The notes beneath the pieces were generated by a model, which made no database searches, was not told the origin of the DNA, and worked only from the letters and a program-made list of their open reading frames with translations. A stretch of 63,458 nt of DNA, counting the filler, from Trichomonas gallinae (taxonomy: Eukaryota): assembly GCA_008369845.1 (NCBI GenBank). It is 6 parts of 6 records of this genome, joined end to end, with 100 filler letters (N's around TTAATTAATTAA, not from the genome) between each part and the next. Parts side by side here need not be neighbours in the genome. Positions count along the whole stretch, not along the records: positions 25,586 to 46,185 come from MRSU01000331.1; positions 46,286 to 52,763 come from MRSU01000335.1; positions 52,864 to 57,018 come from MRSU01000339.1; 3 more parts are not named here. One strand, written 5' to 3'. Position 1 is the stretch's first letter. The number at the start of each line of letters is the position of its first letter. Positions 43,935 through 56,456 of this stretch are shown here, one piece after another. Both the position numbers and the translations under genes were made by a program.

Positions 43935-45815
43935 TCACTTTCTTCCTCCTTTGCCCTTTGGAAGGTCCGCCTTGTTGAACTGAGTCTCTATGTGGTTCTT
44001 TCTAGCCTGGAACGTCTGAGTTGGCATCGCGCGCTTAGTTTGCGTGAGAATTGGCTCAGCGGCTCTTTTAATCCTTGCCAAGCTGTCCTTCATGTAGTTC
44101 TCGTAGTCATTGATTCTATTTGCCGTCTCAGTCTTGATTCCATTAACCATTTCTTCGAATATCGCAGCAACTTTCTTTTTATCGCTCAAATGATCCAAAA
44201 CCTCCTTAGGAGCATTCTGCACGCAGTCAGCAACCTTCTGGAATCCATTATCGAGCGGAAGATTGTTGATAATTTCTTTGAGATCATTAACTTTCGCTCC
44301 TTCGCCTTTCTGCACGAGTTCCACAGCCTTCCTCCTCAAAAGCTCGTAGTGGATGTCGTCTATGAACTTCATTAACACTTGTGGAGGGTTTTCTGTGAAA
44401 TCTGGGACGTTAGACTTTTCTTCTTTAGGTGTGAACGCGCAGACCTGGTTCGTGTACTCGTTCTGGTCCGCAATCTGCTGGAGATAAGCGCGTCCGAACA
44501 ACTCTGTTAATCTGAATAATCCAGCTCCAGCTTTCCAGGTCCTTCTGAACTCATCTCTCATCCTTAGGTGCTCCTCGTAGAGTTCCTGGTAGTGCTGGGC
44601 CAGTTTCGACGATTTTTCTTTCATTTGATCGCGTTCCTGCGTAACTTGTTGAAGCATCTCTGTGAGGATCTGCTTTGACGATTCGGCTGACTCAGACTGC
44701 TCCTGGAGCGCGTGAATTTCTGTTAAAAGCCTTTCATTTAGCGAATGTAGTTTTTCTATGCGTTGCTTGCCTGTTTCCGTTGCCAATCTCTCCGCATTCT
44801 TCCTGAGGGTGAGCTCGGACCTAAGACGCTGCGTTTTCTCTTTAAGAGCGGCATATTGATTATCTGCTTGGATTAACTGCATTTCTATTGAGTCTGCTGC
44901 AGCTCCCGCTGCTTCTGGGTCCGACAGCGCTGTCATTGTTGCTGGATCGTCTGTTGAAAGTGGTTTTTGCGTTAATGGAGGAAGAGGCTCGCTAAATTTA
45001 AGCGTGGGGCAGACAATGAGCTGGTTTAAGAGCTCTGTTTCGTCTGGCAGCCTGGAGATTGATTCTTCGGACTTCTTCTGTGCTTCTGAAACTGCGCCGC
45101 GTACAACAGCCAATTCGTTCTGCAGAGCGACGAGGAAAGCTCTGAGAGTCGCTGGCTCGCATTTGGTAAGACGGCGAGGCCTGAGAAGTGACTCAGAAGA
45201 AAATCTGATTCTTCTTACTTTCAATTTCTCGTTTTCTTCTTGAAGCATTCTGACTTTGTCGAGTAGATTTGATATTGAGCCGAATTGATCGATAACAACA
45301 GACGCACACTCAAGGCGTTGCTCTGCTGTGCGAATTCTTTGTTTAAGAGCATCGACAAGCTGCCTTAAGCGGTTCTCTCGGAAGTCCAGCAAGTCTAAAT
45401 AGAGCTGCTGCTGAGATGTAGACGAAGAAATAAGCGATTGAAGAGAATCTCGATCAGGAAGCGGACCTATTGCAGAAATATCTCTTTCGAGGGATTCTAT
45501 CATATTCTTGAGCGATCCTACATCAGGAGCCGCCTGATAAAACTCGAGTTCTGTAAGGAAAGAAACTGAATTTTTAAGTTCTTGGTATTGTTCGTTGACT
45601 TTGTTGAAATTTGCTTTGACATCGATGATTGCTGCATCCAGACGCTCTCCCTCAGCTATTGCCGCTGAATAATCGGCTGCATGCTTTTTCATGAGCTTTT
45701 TCAGTTCGTTTAGGAAGGAATTCTTCTCGCGGACTGAATTGGAGGCCAGAGCCTTCTGGAAGAGCATTGATATACGCTTGGATTCGGTCGTCGGAGCCGT
45801 ATCAGTCTGACTCAT
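43935..45815 (-). CDS. Long coiled-coil protein
   Basis: 626-aa ORF rich in heptad L/E/Q/K segments. Confidence 0.8.
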   Translation of the reverse strand: MSQTDTAPTTESKRISMLFQKALASNSVREKNSFLNELKKLMKKHAADYSAAIAEGERLDAAIIDVKANFNKVNEQYQELKNSVSFLTELEFYQAAPDVGSLKNMIESLERDISAIGPLPDRDSLQSLISSSTSQQQLYLDLLDFRENRLRQLVDALKQRIRTAEQRLECASVVIDQFGSISNLLDKVRMLQEENEKLKVRRIRFSSESLLRPRRLTKCEPATLRAFLVALQNELAVVRGAVSEAQKKSEESISRLPDETELLNQLIVCPTLKFSEPLPPLTQKPLSTDDPATMTALSDPEAAGAAADSIEMQLIQADNQYAALKEKTQRLRSELTLRKNAERLATETGKQRIEKLHSLNERLLTEIHALQEQSESAESSKQILTEMLQQVTQERDQMKEKSSKLAQHYQELYEEHLRMRDEFRRTWKAGAGLFRLTELFGRAYLQQIADQNEYTNQVCAFTPKEEKSNVPDFTENPPQVLMKFIDDIHYELLRRKAVELVQKGEGAKVNDLKEIINNLPLDNGFQKVADCVQNAPKEVLDHLSDKKKVAAIFEEMVNGIKTETANRINDYENYMKDSLARIKRAAEPILTQTKRAMPTQTFQARKNHIETQFNKADLPKGKGGRK

Positions 45816-46107
45816 TCAAATCTATTTTTTTTTTCGCTAAAATTTTAAAAACGGATTTTTTAGAACGGTTTTTTTAGTTTCAATTTTATTGGTTTTTAGA
45901 TTATTTAGAGTATATTTCTATATAAATTTTGATTTTTGTTGAAAAACTAATGAAATATATACTAAATGATGTGATTAGTAAAAATTAAATAGGAAATTTA
46001 TAATATATACTAATACAGTAATATAAATATTTAATTATTTTTTAAAACGGATTTGTGACGAAATTTATTATTATAGTAAATAAATAATAATGTTAAGAAA
46101 TGGACAA

Positions 46108-46179
46108 GTCCCAGTAGTATATTGGTTAGAATGGATCCTTGACACGGATCAGAGGCCAGTTCGATTCTGGCCTGGGACA
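46108..46179 (+). tRNA. trnV-GAC: tRNA-Val (anticodon GAC)
   Basis: Acceptor GTCCCAG/CTGGGAC plus A73, anticodon arm GATCC-TTGACAC-GGATC, T arm GCCAG-TTCGATT-CTGGC, followed by an oligo-T terminator. Confidence 0.93.
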
Positions 46180-46185
46180 TTTTTT

Positions 46186-46285
46186 NNNNNNNNNNNNNNN
46201 NNNNNNNNNNNNNNNNNNNNNNNNNNNNNTTAATTAATTAANNNNNNNNNNNNNNNNNNNNNNNNNNNNNNNNNNNNNNNNNNNN
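46186..46285. other. Artificial contig linker
   Basis: N44-TTAATTAATTAA-N44. Confidence 0.98.
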
Positions 46286-46893
46286 TTGGCTGTGATCTTT
46301 GGAACGAATGAGATGACGCAAGCGTGGTCCTTCTCACCGAGGATGGAGATGGCCTGGTCCATGCCGCCGCACATGACACCGACGCGGTGCTCTGCTTCGA
46401 CGCACTTCTCGACCATTTCGCCCTTGTCAGCACCACCGCCTGTGAGGAGGTCAAGAGCCATAGCGACTGCGCAAAGGAGGGCAGCGGAGGAAGAAAGGCC
46501 TGAGGCAAGTGGGACATTGCCGGAGATAAGAACATCAAGGCCCTTAACCTCGCGCTTGAATGACTCAAGGAATGTCTTGACAGCAGATTCGACGTACTTA
46601 ACCCAACCGTCGGCCTCGAGCTTGCCTAATGTGATTGAGACATCAGATCCCTTGAGAGATGGGTCGAGGTTGCGGACGCGGAGCTTGCCAGACTCGTTAG
46701 CAGCCATGAGAGCTGTTGTAGCCTTGCCTTCGAGAGCCATTGGGAAGACGGAGAAGCCGCAGTAGTCGATGTGTTCACCGATTAAGTTAACACGGCCTGG
46801 AGCACGGCCAGCGAAGGATGGCTTGCAGCCGAATTCCTTCTCGAAGACTGGGAGCATTTCCTGAACGAGCTTGTCACTTGCGTTGAATGACAT
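46286..46893 (-). CDS. GALK: Galactokinase (GHMP kinase), 5' part (cut by gap)
   Basis: RAPGRVNLIGEHIDY, GNVPLASGLSSSAA and CGGMDQ. Confidence 0.92.
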
Positions 46894-48923
46894 TCCTAAT
46901 AAATGAAATTAACTTCAACTCGTTTACAAATCCTCTCAATCGACTTCACTTTTCGATAAATAAACTTCTCAAAATTTTCTGAAAACCCGTAAATTCAAAG
47001 GATTTATAACTGCTTAAAACTACATTTAGATTATTTTTATGCTGAAAAAAATTTAAAAGCTGTGATATTTTGATAAGGCTTCGCGGTTATTTGTTACGGG
47101 AGTGGCTAATCATTTTTTTATAAAGTTATTTTTCTTATTCACCCTCTAATAAGCATTTTTATAGAAGATTTTAATTTCATTCAACCTGTCAAATATTTTC
47201 CTTAGAAAAAAATCAACTTTCTTGCACTAAACAAGGGTAAACACATATGCAAATGGGCTCGTATATAGCTGCGGGATTTGGTTATATCGTTGTTGGTTAG
47301 TCATTTTCACTATTTAAAGTTATTATTACATTTTTATAAACCGTGATGCAGTTATAATAAGCCAAAGTGCGGTTATATCCCTCAATTGATGATGTTTTGT
47401 TTTTAGGCGAGGAATGAATGACTTTATATTTGTTATATTGATCAAAATAACGCTTTTATACCAATTGATGCATAGAAATGGATTGGTCTGCCATAAGATA
47501 TTCACAATATAGCTTAAAAATACTCAATTTCTGCAATTTAATATTGGCAAAATATTTATTCTCTTCCTTATCCTCCAAACAATGATATTTGGGCGTTTGT
47601 GTGTAGGTGGTCATTACCATGAATAGCTGCGTTTTTGTTTACAGCAAATTTTTATGTCAAACAAAAATAAAACAGTTTTTATCCGATCAATATTTTAATA
47701 TTCTGCTTCTCTATGCTTAAAAGACGCAAATTCGAACTGTGAGCTTTTAGTTTGACGTCGAGTTATTTTGCGGAAATAAAGTATCTTCTATTCTATGATA
47801 TTACATGAATTTGGACTAGTTTCGATGTATTTAGTGTATATTTGCACTGTAGATATATAATGCCGATTTATATTTTTTCCTGGCATTATAATGGTCTTAA
47901 TATGTAATGGGACTATAAAAGTTCCAGAAATTATATCTTTTTGAATCGTTTTGTGATCGATTCAAGTCTGTATTGTCGACAAAATTTTCCAAATTTATGT
48001 AAAGTGCAATTTTGTTTATTATCATGTATTGGAATTGCTAACCTATATGTAATGAGGCAAACCTTATGTGCTGCATATGATATGCATAAATATATCTTCC
48101 ATGGATGATAAATACTAAAATTAAAGCTCGTAGTTCGAATATATATGTTTATAACTTGCGTGAAAAGTACTTTTAGATAGCATTTTTTTTTTCTATGTTG
48201 TGTTAAATATTAATGAGTTTCAATAATTGTTAATATGATAGAAGGGATGCACAATTAGTTACTTCTGCTATTTGAAAAAACAATTTCTCTATTACCAGTA
48301 AATGTGTAAGTCTGTAGAACGAAATTGTTCGCAATGAAATATGAAATCCCCTTTATTAATATTTCAGCCCCTGAATATTTAATTTTGCTTTGGAAAATTA
48401 CTTATGAAGTAACTAATTCTCATGCTTATCATAGGCATCATATTTACCTGATTCTCATTAATACTATTTTAATAAGAAACATCAATCTCTCATTTACTTT
48501 TGAATTTCATCGATGATAGATTTAGATAAATAAGAGTTTTAACGGTCATATTGATATTATTTTTAATGTTTACGCTCATATAAAACTGAATGTGATACCC
48601 ATTACTATGATTTCTACATGTTTTTGTTCAAATAATTATTGAATATGAGTTTATTCGTAAATCCAAGCATGCAGCACAGTTAAAATAGTATATATGTATC
48701 ATAGTAAAATGATATATTAAAAGAATATTGTTCAAATATCAACTTATCAGTGAGATAAAAGAAAATATATTAAAATAAGATTTTTTCGATTAAATATATG
48801 ACACAACAGTGAGTATAGATGGCAAAATGAATAAAAATAGCAAAATAATAAAAAATGATAACGATTGGAAAAAAGTGCAAAATTTTCCTCGTTATTTTGA
48901 TTTGTAAACTTTTCAAAACATTG

Positions 48924-50231
48924 ATGGAAATCCCCGCGTTTTCGCCTGAGTTTGAGGTGATGCGGAAACTCGGAGAGGGCTCCTTTTCAGATGTTTATGA
49001 GGCCCTTGACAAAAAAACTGGGCAGTTCGTTGCAATAAAGCGAATGAAAAATCCATATGAAACGTTAGAGGAAGTTAAGCAGCTTCCTGAAGTCACAACG
49101 CTCATAGAAATGCGAGACTGTCCGTTTATCGTTAAATTGCACGAAGTTTTATTCGATTTCAAGCAAAAATCATTAGCATTAGTATTTGAAAAACTTGATA
49201 TGAACTTATACGAATACACTTGTATGGTTGGCCAAGGGCTACCTGTTAAAGAGGCCTTGCTAATTATATACCAAATCCTTCAAGGTTTATCAGCGATGCA
49301 TCAAAAATACTTATTTCACAGAGATATGAAACCAGAAAATTGCATGATTAACCGAGAAACGTTGGAAGTAAAGATTGTTGATCTTGGTTCTACGCGAAAA
49401 TCTTTCGAAAGAGGGCCTTATACTGAATATGTTTCAACTAGATGGTACAGAGCGCCTGAAATCCTGCTGACTTCTGGCCAGTATGGTCCATCTGTTGATG
49501 TGTGGGCGGTCGGCTGCATGTTATACGAATTATTAGAAAATAGGCCGTTATTTCCTGGAAAACAGGAATTGGACCAAATTAACAGAATACATGCACTCTG
49601 TGGTACCCCTTCTAAAGATATTCTCAAAGTTTTCATGCAAAATCCTAATACGCAATTAAATTATAATTTTCCTTTTAGAAGAAGACAGCATATTGCTGAT
49701 TTTATGCATCCTACAAACTTCCTTGTTACAGATTTAATAGAAGATTTACTCATTTACAATCCATTAGACAGAATCACAGTTGATGGAGCTTTATCTCATC
49801 CAGCATTCGCCGAATTAAACGAATTATACTCTAAATGGCACGAATACGGCTGTCCTGCTACGTTTGCTGCTTTTGTAGTTCAAGGCCCGCCGCCAGCTCC
49901 AAAAACTCAGCCTGCTCCAATGCGGCCGCCAATAGAGATAGAACCACCGTCTGAAGAGACCCAGCAGGCCATAAATGATGATGCTTTAGCACCAATAAAG
50001 CTCGAGAAGAAGAAAATGATCTCAGAAGCGAGAAAAGCTGCAATAGAAAGAATCAAAGCATACAAGAAGCTTCACGCGTCACAGCCTGCGCAGCCTTTGC
50101 CCAGAGGAGGCATCGGAGTCGTTCTAGGCAAGAAGTCACTGCCAAAGCCGAAGCCCGGTCCATATAAATACCCAGCATTCAGGAAGCCCGCGGCACTTCC
50201 GACTGTTCTTACTTTTTCTGCCGCAATTTAA
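48924..50231 (+). CDS. CMGC kinase, RCK family (MOK/MAK-like)
   Basis: GEGSFS, VAIK, HRDMKPEN, DLG, GPYTEYVSTRWYRAPE (TEY) and PLFPG..ELDQI, with a Pro/basic tail. An alternative in-frame ATG lies at 48855. Confidence 0.9.
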   Translation: MEIPAFSPEFEVMRKLGEGSFSDVYEALDKKTGQFVAIKRMKNPYETLEEVKQLPEVTTLIEMRDCPFIVKLHEVLFDFKQKSLALVFEKLDMNLYEYTCMVGQGLPVKEALLIIYQILQGLSAMHQKYLFHRDMKPENCMINRETLEVKIVDLGSTRKSFERGPYTEYVSTRWYRAPEILLTSGQYGPSVDVWAVGCMLYELLENRPLFPGKQELDQINRIHALCGTPSKDILKVFMQNPNTQLNYNFPFRRRQHIADFMHPTNFLVTDLIEDLLIYNPLDRITVDGALSHPAFAELNELYSKWHEYGCPATFAAFVVQGPPPAPKTQPAPMRPPIEIEPPSEETQQAINDDALAPIKLEKKKMISEARKAAIERIKAYKKLHASQPAQPLPRGGIGVVLGKKSLPKPKPGPYKYPAFRKPAALPTVLTFSAAI

Positions 50232-51162
50232 ACTTGTTTGTATTTCTATGTTTTTGAAAATAACTCGGATTTTTTTTCTTTTGATTGGATATATTCAACC
50301 AACTCAATGCGTTTTTTTCCATTATAATTCAATTTTTCGCAAATTAAAAGCAAATCACTTGGAATTTTCATATCTTATTCATAACAACGATTATATCATA
50401 ATTTGAAATGCTAGGATTGAAATCTTGTATTTTTTGAAAAATTATAATATATCAGAATTTGTTTGTATAATCTTTGGATTGACATGTTGTTCTCTTGATA
50501 ACGTTTATGAATCCATCTTAAATGCATATGTTTCAAACATAATATTTTTAATTTTTGTATGGTAGTTCCCAAAACTGTAGCAATAAGAAGAATTCAGCTA
50601 TATAAACTCTGCTCTATGGTAGAAAAGTCCGAAATCGATGATGAAAAATCTCTCTTTTCCATATTATACCAAAAAATCATTTGAAAATTGTTCAATTTTT
50701 ACAATATTGTATTATTTTCGATCTAAAATCGAAAAATTAAATAATGAGAATGAAAGGATATTGTCATTGCAATAAATTGGGAGCATGATATTAGTGTTAA
50801 ATCTGATACTATATCGAATTGATTTGATATTCACTTTTATTAATACAGAAAACACTATTTTCCGAGCAAAACATATTCACATGCTGCTATATAATGCATG
50901 TTCACAACAATGATAAACATATGATTTATTTTGATTCTTATATTTTGGATTTTCTAAGTGAATAGCGAAAACTTAAAAGTAATATGAGTTAATGTCTATA
51001 GGTTAGAATTGCTATGACTTTGGTGCCTGAACCTTAAAACAAATTTTTCCCATATTATATTTGTATGAATCTGCTGCAATTGAGGCTTTGGCCATATAAA
51101 CATATGTGGACTTTTATCTCATTTCATGAAAACAAAACAAATAGTATAATAATATGGAAAAA

Positions 51163-52089
51163 TTATTTGTCTGTGGTAGAGTATCTTCGAAGAAGGCACT
51201 GATTGTTCGATGATATCCTCTTAATCTTTGGAATAGTGACATTGGAGTTGTGTTTTGAAATATGACCCTTTCCTGTTGTGCAGTGGGTTCCACTGTACGC
51301 GAAGTATGACTGTATAGCAGCTGCAACTGGTCTATCTGATGGATTTTCGGACAAACAATTCGCGATTAATTGAATAATTTTATCATCATATTTTCCGTAA
51401 ATTTTCTTTAAACTTTCTGTAATGGATTCAACATAGGAGAGCTCATTTTCAGGTGTCCATGGATATTCTCCGCTTAGTAAGTAATATGAAACAGCACCAA
51501 AGGCCCAGATATCAGCGCTAAACAAATCATATTCACCTTGCCCATATGATTCAGGCGCAAATGGATACTTTGTGTCATCTGAAATCGTCGACTTTTGGTT
51601 CTGGTTATTTATCTTGGCATGATCGAACTCTACGAGTTTGACTCGGCCAAATCTGTCGAACATAATGTTATGTGGTGTGATATTATTATGTGAAATTCCG
51701 TTCGCGTGTAGGTAAGAAATTGCGTTCATAATTTGAGCAATAAAAGAACAAAGAGCTTTTTCAGTATGTGTTGCTTGCATATTTAACGTCGATTCTAAAG
51801 ACAAGCTCTGACAAAGCTCGAATATTAAATATGCGTGATTATTAACTTGGAAGAAGTCATATGTCTCAACAATGTTCGGATGTATTAAAGTTCCAAGCAT
51901 ATCTTTCTCTGTATTATATTTTTCAAGCATTTTCGCATCAGAAATGTTAACATAAACTTTGCAATCGAAAGCATAGCCTCTTCCGTTCAAAACTTCAATG
52001 TGGATATTGTTCTCTGTGCAGTGCAAAGTTTTTACTATCTTATAACCGTGGTCTTGCAGGTCTTTCTCTATGGATTTTTCGTCAAACAT
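51163..52089 (-). CDS. CAMK-like pseudokinase
   Basis: Kinase fold motifs (HPNIV, APE, DIWAFG, P..RP) are present, but there is no Gly loop, HRD is HNN and DFG is EFD. Confidence 0.8.
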   Translation of the reverse strand: MFDEKSIEKDLQDHGYKIVKTLHCTENNIHIEVLNGRGYAFDCKVYVNISDAKMLEKYNTEKDMLGTLIHPNIVETYDFFQVNNHAYLIFELCQSLSLESTLNMQATHTEKALCSFIAQIMNAISYLHANGISHNNITPHNIMFDRFGRVKLVEFDHAKINNQNQKSTISDDTKYPFAPESYGQGEYDLFSADIWAFGAVSYYLLSGEYPWTPENELSYVESITESLKKIYGKYDDKIIQLIANCLSENPSDRPVAAAIQSYFAYSGTHCTTGKGHISKHNSNVTIPKIKRISSNNQCLLRRYSTTDK

Positions 52090-52763
52090 ATAAAAATGAA
52101 CTCAACTTTTTTTTGTTTTATTGATGAAAATTGTTAGATTAATAAATACGAAACCAGTCACATAAACAAAATTCAATTTTGTTAATACCTTTCAATTTCT
52201 TTTTAATGGATTAGGTTAATATTTATATTAGCCATATAAATTCATTTTACTTTTCTGAAAAAGAAGTTTTGAGAGACTTTATGAAAATTTTGTGAGATGA
52301 AATGTCACTTTTGATATAGCCATTAGTTGGTAATCGCTTTAATAATAATATATCAACAATTTTCAAATATCGAGAAATTGAAAAATTGAAGTTCTCAATT
52401 TATGAGAAATATCAGAATTTTATTAACAGGACATAAAACGTCCGAACAAATTAATCACTTTTCTGAGTAATTGAAAAAATATGTTTTGTTTTTATATCAA
52501 ATATCTAATAATAAACAGAAATTAACGGTAAAATAAACTTCCATAAGAAATATCTATCAAAAATTTTTTAGATTCATTTCAATTTTTTTTATCAAATTTA
52601 TTATTTTGAATTAATGTAAACACATATCTGATTAAATAAATTAGCTTATATTTTAAATTAAATTTAATTTCGTAAATGATTTTTCTATATTATTATTGTA
52701 CTTTTCTAGGGTTTTTTACCTTAGGATGCAGTAAATCTATATAGTTTCACTTTCCCAAATACA

Positions 52764-52863
52764 NNNNNNNNNNNNNNNNNNNNNNNNNNNNNNNNNNNNN
52801 NNNNNNNTTAATTAATTAANNNNNNNNNNNNNNNNNNNNNNNNNNNNNNNNNNNNNNNNNNNN
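52764..52863. other. Artificial contig linker
   Basis: N44-TTAATTAATTAA-N44. Confidence 0.98.
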
Positions 52864-54876
52864 CTTGTAAATTCTAACGATCCAGTTCTTCGTAGAGAAT
52901 GCCTCCTCGAAGTGTGTGAACTTGATAGAATCAACACCGCGTGTGATTGCAGTTCTTCTGGCAACATCATATGCCTTCGGCACTGACGGATGAATTGAGT
53001 AATCCTTGAAGTTGTAGTAGCACATCTTGAACATCATTGAGTTTGTCATGTTGTCTGTCTGGATCTCGCCAACGATTGGATAACCCTCCTGCTTCTGGAA
53101 CAAGCTGCCAGAGATGTTGTGGAATGTCTGGTTAGCGATCTTCGGCATCCACATGAACTTGTTGATGTCATCGCCGTCGTAGCCACTAGCACCACCGAAG
53201 ATGACGAGCATGTACTTCATTCCCATCATCCTTGCGAGTCTCCACGAGACCTGCTCAGGCGAGCCCATTGACATACCGATGATACCGATGTGTGTGAAGT
53301 TGTTTGTGTTACCATCAGCCATGCATCCTCTTCCACCCATTGATGTGATCTGGTAGCCATAGTCCCACCAGCTCATGACTTTGTCGTCCTTGTGCGTGTT
53401 CTCCCAGAGCCACCTGTAGCCCTCTCTGTAGTCGTCTGACGACTCCTGGCCGCGTGGTGTGTTGACGTAGAAGTGGAGGTGGTCACCGGAATATGAGTAG
53501 CAGGAGAACCAAACTGAGTGGTAAAGAGAGAAGAGGCAGATCATAACTAAAGATATGATGATCCAATGGTGAAGGTGCTTCTTGGAGCGGAAGGCAATGC
53601 GAGATACGCGGTGGATACCAACGCCGGCAATGTAGACGCAAGCTGGCGAGAAAACGAGAACAAGACGAACCATGATGGAGCCGAAGTAAAGAGTAGAAAG
53701 TCCGTAGATGAGGAGAAGCATGGAAGCTTCTGTATACTTCGTTGGCTTGTTCTTGATCTGGTCGCGCATGATGAAGAAGCAGCCGACTGGGAAAAGCGAC
53801 ATGAAGAATGCGCATTCCATGAAGTAAGAAGACCATGAAGATGGCTGGTGCTCAGCGACAGAGGCGATGATTGGGATGTTCTTAGCAGCGTATGATGGAT
53901 CGAACATGAGGAGAAGACGACCGGAGAAATCTCCAACGAGACCTGTTGAAAGGAGGATTGTAAAAACGAAGAACATGAGCGGTACGGAGCAGAGAAGGAT
54001 AACCATGATGGATGTAAACGTTGGAGTTGAGTATGAATGATTGAGATATGTGAAAAATCCCCAAACTTGGATGCCGAAGAGTGTAGCAATCATTGCGAAG
54101 TGCTCTGGCTTGGAAAGGACCTTCTCGTGGATGAATGGAATCTGGACAATCAAAATTAAGCTGAGGATCGACCAAATGCTATATGTGATGTGAAGGCGCC
54201 ATGAGTAGCGGCCAATGGCGATAAGGCCAACTGTGAAGAGAGGAATGGCGTTGGCAACGAAAACGTATCCACCCCATGTAAGGGCCATGTAGCTGAAGCA
54301 TAAAGCGGCGAAGGCAGATATAAGGATTGAGCCGTTCTTAAGGGCAAAAACGAATGAGTAAAGAGAGAGAAGCATGATAAACATGGCAATGCACTCATAA
54401 TCGTAGCTGCCGGCAACAGAACGAGAAATGATACCTGTAATGAATGACGCAAGTGCGGCAAAAACAGAGCCAAGCGTTGAGTTGTAGATGAGTTCACCGA
54501 ATAAATACGAAAGCAAGCATGTTAATGTAGCGAAAACTGGGCCCATGTGAACGCAAATTTGGAGTAATTCGATCTTAATATGTAAGAAATCGAGAACTCT
54601 GTGGAATAAAACAGATGTAAACATTAAACCTGGATATGAAGTCTCACCAACTGGACGGCCCTGTGGGTACCACGAAATGTTATCATACCAGCCCAAAAAT
54701 TCGTAAAATCCATGCTCCTTGATGAATTGTGAGCATCTCCAGTTGAAATGTGGATCGAATTCGTGAATAATTGGCTCATTGATGACATTGGAGAAGAGAC
54801 GAATCAAAAATGAAAGAATGCATGAAAGAATAACAATCAATAACTGGATTGTTTTCCTTGTTGATGAAATCGCCAT
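52864..54876 (-). CDS. STT3: Oligosaccharyltransferase catalytic subunit STT3 (last few codons in gap)
   Basis: IHEFDPHFNWR, SWYPQGR, SVAEHQP, SWWDYG, DINKFMWM and multiple TM helices. Confidence 0.97.
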
Positions 54877-55310
54877 TTTTTGATAAAAGTGACAATTTTC
54901 TTCATTTTTATTTTTCCGAATTTAGACGAAATTAGTAATCTCAACATGATATATAATCCAAATATAACAAAATTGGCCACATTCATTTTTATAAAACCAA
55001 ATGCTACATTTTTCATGTTTTTCTGTATCTTTATACAAGGATATATTGAAATTCATCAAAAAATTAAACAAAAAAATTTCGAAATCAAAAAATATCTTTT
55101 TGTTAATAATCTATAATATACTCATTGATTTGAATCAAAATTAATCGAAAAATAAAACTTTTCAAGTTATTATTTCTATTTCAGCAATTATAAACAATAT
55201 CGAAGAAAAGAAACAAAAAATAAGTCACCAAAAGTGTCCTCAGAAAAAATATATTATATAATTTATATATAAATAAGAAAACATTTTAATGAAATCATAT
55301 ATAATCATGT

Positions 55311-56456
55311 TCATCCTTGAATGTCGGCTTCAACAACAGTATCTTGGATGTCTTCAACGATATCATCTGCAACTGAAGTAATAACTTCATTTTCTTTATC
55401 AGCTTGTGATTCTTCTGGCGATTGATTATTTTGCTCTTCTTGTGGCTGATCTTCGGGTGATTTGTCCTCAGTTTCATTGTTTCCGGAATTTTCTTGATTT
55501 TCTTCATTTTCTGGCTGTTTTGTTTCATTTTCGTCTTGTTTTTGCTCTGCTTCCTCTTCTTTATTTTCCTTTGAGCTTTGTGGGCCTTGATATTTAGGTT
55601 TATCATTTGGATCTGATAATTCTTTTCCTTGAAGATGATCTGCGATGATAGATCTTTGATAATTAATAAGGCTATTCAAATATGCAACAGTAGCATCGTA
55701 TTCTTCGTTTTCTTTCTGACTTAATTCATTGAACCAATTTAATTTCTTTGTTCTTCGTTCGTTTGCATCCTGAACCTCTTGTATTGAGCATTCAAGTGAC
55801 TCTCCATCACCTTCGCGAGTGAGAATTGTTGATTCGTTCTTTGTTCTTTCGCATTTTGTTTGATACGCTTTAATTTTATCAATTAATTTAGCATTTTCTT
55901 CCTGTAAAGCTCTAAGCTCGAACTCCTGGTCTTCAATAGAAGGCGCAGATGCCTTTTTATCGACTGCTGCAAACGTTTTTGAATAATTTCTGTTCTTTGT
56001 CGATGACTCATTTAACATGTCCTGGATCCTCATGTACTCGGCGTAAGAAATAAGTATTTCAGTGCGTAATTCTTCAACATAACAGTTTCTGTCATCTTTC
56101 TCTAACTGCTCCAGCTGCTGATTTAATGTATCGAGTGTGTTTTGTGCACTCACAACGCTGTGATTTAAGTTATTGATAGTAGATTGGCGCTTGTTTTGCA
56201 CGCCTGAGACATTCGATTTTGGTCCTACTGTATGAGCAATCATTTTTGATTGCTGGTGGATGCGATCTTTCGTTCTGCTGAGCTGAGTTTTGAGGATTTT
56301 GATTTCTTGGTCTAATTTCGCGTTTTTGATTTTCAAATCATAAATATCGGATGGTTTTTTCGTAGACTTTTGTGCAGAAGACATTGACCCTGTAGAACTA
56401 CGAACACTGCCTCTGCCAAATCCGTTATTTCCAAGCAAAGGTGTAATAGGTTTCAT
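55311..56456 (-). CDS. Coiled-coil protein with acidic low-complexity tail
   Basis: 381-aa ORF with heptad-rich core and E/N/Q-rich C-terminus. Confidence 0.78.
   Translation of the reverse strand: MKPITPLLGNNGFGRGSVRSSTGSMSSAQKSTKKPSDIYDLKIKNAKLDQEIKILKTQLSRTKDRIHQQSKMIAHTVGPKSNVSGVQNKRQSTINNLNHSVVSAQNTLDTLNQQLEQLEKDDRNCYVEELRTEILISYAEYMRIQDMLNESSTKNRNYSKTFAAVDKKASAPSIEDQEFELRALQEENAKLIDKIKAYQTKCERTKNESTILTREGDGESLECSIQEVQDANERRTKKLNWFNELSQKENEEYDATVAYLNSLINYQRSIIADHLQGKELSDPNDKPKYQGPQSSKENKEEEAEQKQDENETKQPENEENQENSGNNETEDKSPEDQPQEEQNNQSPEESQADKENEVITSVADDIVEDIQDTVVEADIQG

Noticed and set aside
46894..48854. Long (about 2 kb) gap between GALK and the RCK kinase
   Set aside because: No ORF, repeat or stable structure that I can substantiate; probably regulatory or decayed sequence.
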